A DNA stretch of 32,000 nucleotides from Lachnospiraceae bacterium (GTDB lineage Bacteria; Bacillota; Clostridia; Lachnospirales; Lachnospiraceae): contig JAFRIW010000007.1 of assembly GCA_017432565.1 (NCBI GenBank), positions 4,147-36,146 of the forward strand. Reading direction: 5' to 3'. Below the pieces are notes generated by a model, which saw only the letters and a list, made by a program, of their open reading frames with translations, did no database searches and was not told the DNA's origin. Each line of letters opens with the position of its first letter. Positions within the stretch are counted from its first letter, which is position 1. Position numbers and translations under genes: made by a program. Below are positions 24,926 to 32,000 of this stretch, piece by piece.

Positions 24926-25597
24926 ATGAAATCTGTAGAAGTAAACGGAGTGAAACTGCATTATCTGCAGGAGGGGAGCGGCAGGCCGGTGGTGCTGGTG
25001 CACGGCAACGGCGAGAGCCACGCGCTGTTTGAGACGGAAATCCGGCAGCTCACGGCCGCGGGCTATGAGGTGTTTGCGCCGGACTCGAGGGGCCACGGAG
25101 CCAATGAGCCGGTCAGCGAATATCATTACGCGGATATGGCGGACGACATCTTCTGCCTGATCCGCGAGCTGGGCCTTGAAAAGCCGTATTACTTCGGACA
25201 CAGCGACGGCGGCATCATCGGGCTTCTTCTGGAGCTGCGGCATCCGGGGACACTCGGAAAAATGGCCGTCAGCGGGACGAACCTGTCGCCCGACGGAATC
25301 GTGCCGGAATTTGTCGAAGAGTTCACGGCCATCAATGAGCGGGAACCGAATCCCCTCATCACGCTGATGCTGACAGAACCGCACATCGAGCCGGAGGAGC
25401 TGCAGGGAATCACGATTCCGGTGCTGGTGACCGTCGGCGAGCACGACCTGATCCTCCCGGAGGAGACGCAGCGGATCGTGCAGAATCTGCCTGATGTCCG
25501 GCTGATTGTCGTACCGGGGGCGGATCACGGAAGCTATCTGGATCACAACGAAAGAATGGGAGAGTTCCTGCTGGATTTTTACGCGGAGCAGAACTGA
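24926..25597 (+). CDS. Alpha/beta-fold hydrolase
   Basis: Contains VVLVHGNGESHALF, the nucleophile elbow GHSDGG, and C-terminal GADHG. Confidence 0.85.
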   Translation: MKSVEVNGVKLHYLQEGSGRPVVLVHGNGESHALFETEIRQLTAAGYEVFAPDSRGHGANEPVSEYHYADMADDIFCLIRELGLEKPYYFGHSDGGIIGLLLELRHPGTLGKMAVSGTNLSPDGIVPEFVEEFTAINEREPNPLITLMLTEPHIEPEELQGITIPVLVTVGEHDLILPEETQRIVQNLPDVRLIVVPGADHGSYLDHNERMGEFLLDFYAEQN

Positions 25598-25627
25598 CCC
25601 GGAACATTTAAAGAAAGACAAGACAGG

Positions 25628-25666
25628 AAGAACGAGGGTGGAACAGAAGACTGCCCTCGTTCTTTT
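25628..25666 (+). terminator. Rho-independent terminator
   Basis: aagaacgaggg (25628-25638) pairs with ccctcgttctt (25654-25664). A T-run follows. Confidence 0.7.
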
Positions 25667-25724
25667 GCCAGAACCGGAAGAGAGCGAAACAGAGAGTTGA
25701 AGAAAGAGAAAGGAGTCGGCAACG

Positions 25725-27155
25725 ATGGCAACATTCAAGTGTAAGATTTGCGGAGAAATCTTTGAGTCTGAAAATGCGCAGACCGCTGTTTGTCCCCTTT
25801 GCAAGGCGACCGGCGACAATCTGGAGGAAATCGTGACAGAGAAGGCACCGAAGCCGGAAGCACCCGCCGCGCCGGAGCCGGAAGCGCCGGAGCCCGCGCC
25901 CGCCGCACCGGCGGATCTTTCCTATGATCCGGCTTTCGTGAGAAGAGACCCGGAGGCGCGGTTTATGGCGGAAATTCATCAGATGGCCGTCAGCGGAAAA
26001 AGCCTGGACGGCGCGATGGGCACGCTGATGCCCATGCCGGGCTGGGACGATGTGCTGCTGCTCGGCGCGCAGCTTGATCCGCCGCCGCTCGACGATGATG
26101 CTTCGGTGAATCTGAGAACCGTCATCGGCAAAAATGCGCGTCAGCCGATGGTGCTGGAGGGCCCGGTTTTCATCTCGCATATGTCCTTCGGAGCACTCTC
26201 GAGGGAGATCAAAATCGCGCTGGCCAGAGGCAGTGCGATGGCCCGGACGGCGATGTGCAGCGGCGAGGGCGGGATTCTGCCCGAGGAAAAAGCCGCGGCT
26301 TACAAGTATATTTTTGAGTATATTCCGAATAAGTACAGCGTGACGGATGAGAATCTGCGGACCGCGGATGCCATCGAGATCAAAATCGGGCAGGGGACCA
26401 AGCCGGGTATGGGCGGTCATCTGCCGGGCGAGAAGGTCACGCCGGAGATCGCGGCGCTGCGCGGAAAGAAGCCGGGCGAGGACATTCAGAGCCCGAGCAG
26501 GTTCCCGGAGATTCAGTCAGAAGAGGACCTGAAGGCGATGGTGGAGATGCTCCGGGAGCGGTCCGGCGGAAGGCCGGTCGGCATCAAAATTGCCGCAGGA
26601 AGAATCGAGCGGGACCTGGCATACTGCCTGTATGCAGGGCCGGATTTTGTGACGATTGACGGCCGGGGCGGCGCCACCGGTTCGAGCCCGTATCTGCTCA
26701 GGGAGTCCACCTCCGTGCCGACGCTTCTGGCGCTCTCGCGGGCGCGGAAATTCTTGGATGAAGCCGGCGCGCAGGTCGACCTTGTGATCACGGGAGGACT
26801 TCGGGTCTCGTCGGATTTTGCCAAGGCGATTGCAATGGGAGCCGATGCGGTGGCGATTGCGAGCGCGGCACTGATCGCAGCGGCCTGCCAGCAGTACAGA
26901 ATCTGCGGCACAGGAAAATGCCCGGTAGGCATCGCGACGCAGGATCCGGAGCTCAGGAAGCGTCTGAACATCGATGCGGCTGCGCAGCGCGTTGCGAACT
27001 TCCTGAATGTCTCAATGAAAGAGCTGGCCATGTTTTCAAGAATCACCGGCCATGCGGATGTGCATGACCTGAATCTGAGTGACCTGGTGACGCTGAAGCG
27101 TGACATCGCGGACTGCACAGGCATTCCCTACGCGGGCGATCCCGGAAGGAGATAA
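25725..27155 (+). CDS. Glutamate-synthase-related FMN protein (GltB domain-2 type) with an N-terminal rubredoxin-like zinc ribbon
   Basis: Ribosome binding site AAAGGAGtcggcaacgATG. The N-terminus is FKCKICGEIFESENAQTAVCPLCKA, followed by a Pro/Ala/Glu linker. The core contains ISHMSFGALS, EIKIGQGTKPGMGGHLPG, VTIDGRGGATGSSP and ITGGLR. Confidence 0.85.
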   Translation: MATFKCKICGEIFESENAQTAVCPLCKATGDNLEEIVTEKAPKPEAPAAPEPEAPEPAPAAPADLSYDPAFVRRDPEARFMAEIHQMAVSGKSLDGAMGTLMPMPGWDDVLLLGAQLDPPPLDDDASVNLRTVIGKNARQPMVLEGPVFISHMSFGALSREIKIALARGSAMARTAMCSGEGGILPEEKAAAYKYIFEYIPNKYSVTDENLRTADAIEIKIGQGTKPGMGGHLPGEKVTPEIAALRGKKPGEDIQSPSRFPEIQSEEDLKAMVEMLRERSGGRPVGIKIAAGRIERDLAYCLYAGPDFVTIDGRGGATGSSPYLLRESTSVPTLLALSRARKFLDEAGAQVDLVITGGLRVSSDFAKAIAMGADAVAIASAALIAAACQQYRICGTGKCPVGIATQDPELRKRLNIDAAAQRVANFLNVSMKELAMFSRITGHADVHDLNLSDLVTLKRDIADCTGIPYAGDPGRR

Positions 27156-27157
27156 GC

Positions 27158-28786
27158 GTGAATACACATTTTGATCCTGTCGCACAGAAATACCCGTCTG
27201 CGCGCTATCCGATCTATGCGCGGGGCGGCATGGTCAACTGCTCCAGTCCGCAGGCAGCGGCCGCCGGGCTGGAGGTGCTCCGGCGGGGCGGGAATGCAGC
27301 GGATGCCGCTGTCGCCGCCGCTGCGGCGCTGACCGTGACGGAGCCCACAGCCAACGGAATCGGCTCGGACGCTTTCGCCATCATCTGGTCTGAGAAAGAG
27401 AAGAAGCTTTTTGGTCTGAATTCCAGCGGCCGGGCGCCGATGCTGGCTTCGGCGGAGCGGATTCTCTCAGAGGGACGGGATGTAAACGGGAAAATGCCGG
27501 AGCACGGCTGGACGCCGGTGACCGTGCCGGGCGCACCCGCGGCCTGGGCGGCGCTGAACGGGCGGTTCGGAAACCTGGATCTTTCGCAGGTCCTGGCACC
27601 CGCAGTGCGGTATGCGCGGGTGGGATATCCCTGCGCGCCGAATCTGGCACAGATCTGGAAACAGGATTACGAGCTCTACAGAAAGATCTTTACGGAGGAC
27701 TGTTTTAAGGGGTGGTTCGAGACTTTTGCGCCGCTGGGACGCGCATATGAGGCAGGGGAAATCGTCTGTCTGCCGGATCATGCCAATACGCTGGAGCGGA
27801 TCGGTGAGACCGGTGCGGAGGACTTCTACCGCGGCGATCTGGCCCGCATCATCGATGCGGAGAGCCGGAAATACGGAGGGTATCTGCGCTATGAAGATCT
27901 GGCGGCGCACAGGGCGCTGTGGGTCGAGCCGGCGCGGGTCGGCTACAGAGGTTATGAAGTCTGCGAGATTCCGCCGAACGGACAGGGAATCGTCGCACTG
28001 ATGGCCCTGAATATTTTAAAGGAGTTTTCGTTTGCGGAGCGCGACAGTGCCGTAACCTGCCACCGGCAGATCGAAGCCATGAAGATGGCCTTTACGGATG
28101 CGTTCCGGTATGTGACGGATCCGGAGGAGATGGAGATCGATTATCACGAATTGCTGCGGCCGGAGTTCGGCGCGGCGCGGGCGGCCGAGATGACCGACCG
28201 GGCTCAGATCTACGCGAGCCGGCCTCCGATGGGCGGCGGGACGGTTTATCTGTGCTGCGCGGACGGAGAGGGGAATATGGTCTCCTATATCCAGTCGAAT
28301 TTCCATGGGTTCGGATCGGGAATTGTGGTCCGCGGCACGGGCATTTCGCTGCAGGACCGCGGCGCCGATTTCTCGCTGGATCCGAAAAACGCCAATTTCC
28401 TGAAACCCGGGAAGCGCACATATCACACGATTATTCCGGGGTTCCTGATGAAGGACGGCGCCCCGGTGGGTCCGTTCGGGGTTATGGGCGCGTACATGCA
28501 GCCGCAGGGCCACGTGCAGGTCGTAATGAACTATGTTGATTTTCATCTGGATCCGCAGCAGGCTCTGGATGCGCCGCGGTGGCGGTGGCTTCGGGACGGA
28601 CGTGTGGCCGTTGAAAGCCGCTTTTCGCCGGAGCTGGCCCGCGCGCTCCGGCGAAAAGGACATGATGTCTTTATGGATCTGTCGGCACCTTCTTTCGGAA
28701 GGGGACAGATGATTGTTCGATTGGAGAACGGCGTACTGGTCGGCGGGACGGAGTCCCGCACGGACAGCAATATCGCCTGTTACTGA
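27158..28786 (+). CDS. ggt: Gamma-glutamyltransferase family protein
   Basis: The GTG start lies 7 nt after GGAAGGAG and 2 nt after the upstream stop. Contains TEPTANGIGSDAFAIIW, the autoprocessing region GGGTVYLCCADGEGNMVSYIQSNF, and GVMGAYMQPQGHVQ. Confidence 0.88.
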   Translation: MNTHFDPVAQKYPSARYPIYARGGMVNCSSPQAAAAGLEVLRRGGNAADAAVAAAAALTVTEPTANGIGSDAFAIIWSEKEKKLFGLNSSGRAPMLASAERILSEGRDVNGKMPEHGWTPVTVPGAPAAWAALNGRFGNLDLSQVLAPAVRYARVGYPCAPNLAQIWKQDYELYRKIFTEDCFKGWFETFAPLGRAYEAGEIVCLPDHANTLERIGETGAEDFYRGDLARIIDAESRKYGGYLRYEDLAAHRALWVEPARVGYRGYEVCEIPPNGQGIVALMALNILKEFSFAERDSAVTCHRQIEAMKMAFTDAFRYVTDPEEMEIDYHELLRPEFGAARAAEMTDRAQIYASRPPMGGGTVYLCCADGEGNMVSYIQSNFHGFGSGIVVRGTGISLQDRGADFSLDPKNANFLKPGKRTYHTIIPGFLMKDGAPVGPFGVMGAYMQPQGHVQVVMNYVDFHLDPQQALDAPRWRWLRDGRVAVESRFSPELARALRRKGHDVFMDLSAPSFGRGQMIVRLENGVLVGGTESRTDSNIACY

Positions 28787-28792
28787 TCCGTT

Positions 28793-30262
28793 TTACTGCG
28801 GAGCGGCAAGATAGGGTACAATGGCCATATTAATGCAGTTCAGCCAGGTTTTGCCCGACAGGCGCTTCATGCTGAGGTTATTGACCACAACGCCGCGCAC
28901 GCGCAGGTATTTGCCTGTCTCAGGGTCTGCCATGGAGCTGACGGAGCTGATGACGTAGTATTCGTCACCGACCCTGCCCAGATACATCATGGCGTGGCCG
29001 GAGAAGTACAGCGCGGAGCCGGCGGGCAGGGTATCCAGCAGCGCCTTCTTGGCGGGGTCGCCGGAGGCGTCCTGCGGAAGCGGAGAGAGGTCGCATTTGA
29101 CGGCGGGCATGGAGGCCTGCCAGGTGGTGTTGCGCGGAAGCTCGATGCCGAAACACTTGTAGATGTCGCGGATGTAGGAAGAACAGTCCGCGGAATCCAG
29201 CATGGCGCCCCAGCCGTAGGCGTCACCCAGCATCGTGAAGGCGACATTCAGAACATTCTGCGTTGTCAGCGGAAGATAACCGGCGCTCACAGGGTCGTGC
29301 TGAGAAATCAGTACGACCTTTTTCTGATAGGTTCCGTCCGCCGCGCGCAGGGGCATCCAGACCGCGTAGTTGTTGACGGCTGCGCGGTTCGTGACGGCGG
29401 GGGTGTACTCCCAGCTGTCCGCGCGCCGCAGCGTCGTGCCCATGGTCAGCATTTTGCCCGCGATGTCCGGGTTCCTGTTGGATTTCTCGAGGTAGAGCTT
29501 GCCGCCCGTGACGACGATCAGGTGATCGTCCGGGATCTGAAATGCGCTCTGCCATTCTTCCTTGCTGCTGCAGACGGCGATATCCGAGGCACGGACCCAG
29601 CCGTCGCAGCAGATGGTCTTTACCAGATACCACAGACCGTCCGCAGAGCGGCCCTTGATGACCACGGGTTCGTTGACCCGCAAGGCGCTGTTCTGGAAGT
29701 AGTCAAAATCCACATCTCCCGCCTCGTCCGTGAGAATCTGCATGGTCGGATAGCTGCGGACGTCCGTCCGCTCCGTGCAGATGCCGTACTTGATGAACTG
29801 CTGCTTTAACGCGCCGGGATCCTGCGTGTTTGCGAGGATCTGCGCATAAAATTCGGGACCGGCCACATTTCCGGCCTGGTCGTAGATGGCGCCGCTGGAC
29901 TTAAAATACTGAAAGTCTGATTCCGCGCCCTTCAGCAGAGCTTCCCGCTGGGCGATTCCGTCAAAACAGGCCGGTACCGCCTCCAGATCGGTCATCTGGC
30001 AGGAAGGCTGTGCCATGGTCCGGCGATTCAGATCGGCAATGCTCGGAGCGGTGGCAAGCAGCTGCGCGGAGCTTCCGGCGCCGAGCCGCTGATCCTGCAG
30101 GGCAGCCCAGTATTCCGGATGAGTCATTTCGTCCGTGACGCCCGGCAGATAAGAGACGGGAGAAGCCTCCGTCCGGACGGGCAGAGCATTGGCAGCACTG
30201 ACTGCGGCAATTCCCGCGGCCAGAAAAAGAGCTGCTGTTTTACGGAATTTAGCTGATTTCAT
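28793..30262 (-). CDS. Secreted SH3-domain + NlpC/P60 cell-wall hydrolase
   Basis: Signal peptide MKSAKFRKTAALFLAAGIAAVSAANA. SH3-like segment GRSADGLWYLVKTICCDGWVRASDI. NlpC/P60 catalytic residues in DCSSYIRDIYKCFGIELPRNT and FSGHAMMYLG. Confidence 0.85.
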   Translation of the reverse strand: MKSAKFRKTAALFLAAGIAAVSAANALPVRTEASPVSYLPGVTDEMTHPEYWAALQDQRLGAGSSAQLLATAPSIADLNRRTMAQPSCQMTDLEAVPACFDGIAQREALLKGAESDFQYFKSSGAIYDQAGNVAGPEFYAQILANTQDPGALKQQFIKYGICTERTDVRSYPTMQILTDEAGDVDFDYFQNSALRVNEPVVIKGRSADGLWYLVKTICCDGWVRASDIAVCSSKEEWQSAFQIPDDHLIVVTGGKLYLEKSNRNPDIAGKMLTMGTTLRRADSWEYTPAVTNRAAVNNYAVWMPLRAADGTYQKKVVLISQHDPVSAGYLPLTTQNVLNVAFTMLGDAYGWGAMLDSADCSSYIRDIYKCFGIELPRNTTWQASMPAVKCDLSPLPQDASGDPAKKALLDTLPAGSALYFSGHAMMYLGRVGDEYYVISSVSSMADPETGKYLRVRGVVVNNLSMKRLSGKTWLNCINMAIVPYLAAPQ

Positions 30263-30491
30263 TGTTATATACTCCCTGTTTTTCTGTTTTGCCGTGAAAT
30301 AGTTCCTTCTGCTATTCTATCGCGATCGGCCTGAAACCGCCACATTACGTAAACGATTTCGAAAAAACAAAAAAAGCAGCCGGAAAAGAGCGTGTTGAAA
30401 CCGGTTCCTGCATCGCTTTAATGCTTTAAAGCAGTTGTTTTTCAAGGAATGTTCACATTTTTTGCTTGCAGAGCGGGAAAAGCTATGTTAC

Positions 30492-30497
30492 TATAAT
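30492..30497 (+). promoter_or_regulatory. TATAAT -10 box of a putative small plus-strand transcription unit
   Basis: A consensus hexamer at 30492-30497. TTGCAG/TTGCTT lie upstream, but at 20-24 nt the spacing is non-ideal. Confidence 0.3.
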
Positions 30498-30579
30498 ATC
30501 GTACTAAAACGATTTCGTGAAAAATTGAGACGAGCGAAACGAGCAGTAGTAGGTATTGGGTAGCTTGGGAGGAACAGAA

Positions 30580-30669
30580 GTGACGACAATTTTTCAGATG
30601 AGAGAGAAACTTGCAGGCCTGGTTATTCTGGCACTTGCCATGGCAGCTGTGATGGCTCTGCCGATGTAA
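30580..30669 (+). CDS. Putative 29-aa hydrophobic peptide (small ORF)
   Basis: GGGAGG at 30567-30572 lies 7 nt before the GTG at 30580. The frame reads (M)TTIFQMREKLAGLVILALAMAAVMALPM, then TAA at 30667-30669. A strong terminator follows about 65 nt downstream. Too short for the ORF track. Confidence 0.3.
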   Translation: MTTIFQMREKLAGLVILALAMAAVMALPM

Positions 30670-30733
30670 CCGATTCGTCCGGGTATCCCGTTTCCCGGAA
30701 ACAGAGACATTCGTTAACCACTCATAATACACT

Positions 30734-30766
30734 GAGCCGCCCCCGAAAGGGAGCGGCTCTTTTTTT
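30734..30766 (+). terminator. Rho-independent terminator
   Basis: gagccgccccc (30734-30744) pairs with gggagcggctc (30749-30759) with one mismatch and a GAAA loop. A run of 7 T follows (30760-30766). Confidence 0.8.
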
Positions 30767-30782
30767 GCTCATTCTTATGATA

Positions 30783-32000
30783 TTACCGGCCTGATTCGGA
30801 AACAGCCGGATGTAATGATACAGTACGGTCCGCCAGCTTCTCTGTTCCCAGCCAGCACAGCAGGAGAGCGGCGACGGTGGTGATTGCGTCGGTGACAGCC
30901 GATGTGAAAATCAGGCCGGTGAGGCCGAAAGCACTGTGCATCAGATACAGGGCCGGGAGATAGACGATTCCCTTCTGCATCAGCGCCGTGATCGTCGCAT
31001 AAGTGACCTTCCCTGTTCCCTGCAGGTAGACAGCGCACATCTGATAGATTCCGAAAAGCGGAGCCATGATGACGCTGCCCAGGACCATCTGCTTGCCGTA
31101 AGCGATGACCTGCGGATCGTTCAGGAAGGAGCGGACGAAAGCATCGCGGAAAAACAGGAAGCTCCAGCCGGTGACGGTGCTGATCACGACAGCCACAAGT
31201 CCCACGCCCAGAACAATTTTCCTGAGCCGCCGGCGGTCTTCCCGGCCGTAGGTATAACTGACTGCCGGCTGCACGCCCATGCAGATGCCCATGACCAGCA
31301 TGGAAGTAAGCATGCCGGCTTTTCCGGCGACGCCCTGTGCCGCAATGGCCTCATTTCCATACTGCACCATCAGACGGTTGGCAAAAGTATGCGAGAAGCT
31401 CATCAGCATTGTTCCGGCTGCCATCGGCAGGCCATAGGAGAGAACCTTCAGGGAAACTTCCGGTCTGAAGCTCAGGTCCCGGATTGAGATGGAGAAAGAC
31501 TCTTTGCGTCTTGCTGCATTGATCATCAGAATGAAGGACAATACATTTCCGATCAGTGTCGCAATGGCCGCGCCGCGGATTCCCATGTGCATCCCGGAGA
31601 TCATGATCGGATCCAGAATAATATTCGTGATCGTTCCGGTCATCGTAGCCTTCAGAGGACCGACGCTGTCTCCGTCTGCGCGAAGCGTGTTGCCGAGCGA
31701 GCCGCCGGCTACCATGAACGGTGCGCCGACAGCAAAGATGCGTAGGTACTCAGCGGCGTAGGCTGCTGTCTGCTCATTTGCACCCAGCAGCGTGAGCAGC
31801 GGATTCATGAAAATCAGAACGCCGGCCATTGTGACAAGACCCAGAAACAGTGAGGTATACAGAGCGAAACTGGTGTATTGCTTTACGGATTTCAGATCGC
31901 CCTTTCCGAGCGCCATGCTCGACGCCGTACAGGCACCGAAGCCCAGCAGCGTATTGAAAGCTGAGAAAACGGCAAAAACCGGCCCCGCCAGGGCGATGGC
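30783..32000 (-). CDS. MATE-family efflux transporter; 5' end beyond the window
   Basis: The track ORF 30783..31916 begins at an internal Met. The same frame stays open to base 32000 (AIALAGPVFAVFSAFNTLLGFGACTASSMALGKGD...). The protein has a multi-TM MATE pattern. Confidence 0.85.
   Translation of the reverse strand, partial: AIALAGPVFAVFSAFNTLLGFGACTASSMALGKGDLKSVKQYTSFALYTSLFLGLVTMAGVLIFMNPLLTLLGANEQTAAYAAEYLRIFAVGAPFMVAGGSLGNTLRADGDSVGPLKATMTGTITNIILDPIMISGMHMGIRGAAIATLIGNVLSFILMINAARRKESFSISIRDLSFRPEVSLKVLSYGLPMAAGTMLMSFSHTFANRLMVQYGNEAIAAQGVAGKAGMLTSMLVMGICMGVQPAVSYTYGREDRRRLRKIVLGVGLVAVVISTVTGWSFLFFRDAFVRSFLNDPQVIAYGKQMVLGSVIMAPLFGIYQMCAVYLQGTGKVTYATITALMQKGIVYLPALYLMHSAFGLTGLIFTSAVTDAITTVAALLLCWLGTEKLADRTVSLHPAVSESGR

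Noticed and set aside
24149-25819. 556-aa minus-strand ORF spanning three plus-strand genes and their intergenic gaps
   Set aside because: It is antisense to three genes that each carry recognisable catalytic motifs. It has shadow-ORF composition and no ribosome binding site.
1-32000. Looked for transposases, integrases, phage genes, tRNA/rRNA/tmRNA-like sequences and riboswitch-like leaders
   Set aside because: I recognised none in any frame or intergenic region. Small structured RNAs cannot be excluded without covariance-model searches.

Overview
The window looks like a chromosomal segment from a high-GC Firmicutes/Clostridia-type genome. The signs are GGAGG-type ribosome binding sites, lipoproteins with Ala/Glu/Pro-rich linkers, and CotH, PepSY and YoaK family genes. 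This placement is inference. I support about 30 protein-coding genes and found no rRNA, tRNA, CRISPR array, transposase or integrase.

Gene content, left to right:
- A LysR-controlled TRAP transporter / YhcH / KDPG-aldolase operon.
- A duplicated PepSY module bracketing a class-C-type serine hydrolase and a GNAT acetyltransferase.
- A YoaK/DUF1275 membrane protein.
- A lower-GC three-gene operon of Zn-ribbon paralogs, paired divergently with an XRE regulator.
- A Fur-family repressor next to a DUF4097 lipoprotein, a membrane 4Fe-4S protein and a CotH lipoprotein.
- An SGNH-like hydrolase, a YczE-like membrane protein, a cupin, a GH32 enzyme, an iron alcohol dehydrogenase and a MATE transporter.
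- An acidic secreted protein, a polysaccharide deacetylase and an alpha/beta hydrolase.
- A rubredoxin-fused glutamate-synthase-like protein plus gamma-glutamyltransferase, an SH3 + NlpC/P60 hydrolase, and a second MATE transporter.

The most unusual observations:
1. The uncharacterised Zn-ribbon paralog operon with its XRE partner (9253-11788).
2. A 64-bp tandem repeat array rich in GCATGC palindromes (5300-5597), with degenerate copies of its core at the 3' end of the LysR gene.
3. A perfect hairpin with 31-bp arms between convergent genes (12104-12169).
4. A small stand-alone transcription unit encoding a 29-aa hydrophobic peptide (about 30490-30766).

All product calls come from motif recognition in the supplied translations. 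No database search was possible, and start codons are my best choice based on ribosome binding sites.
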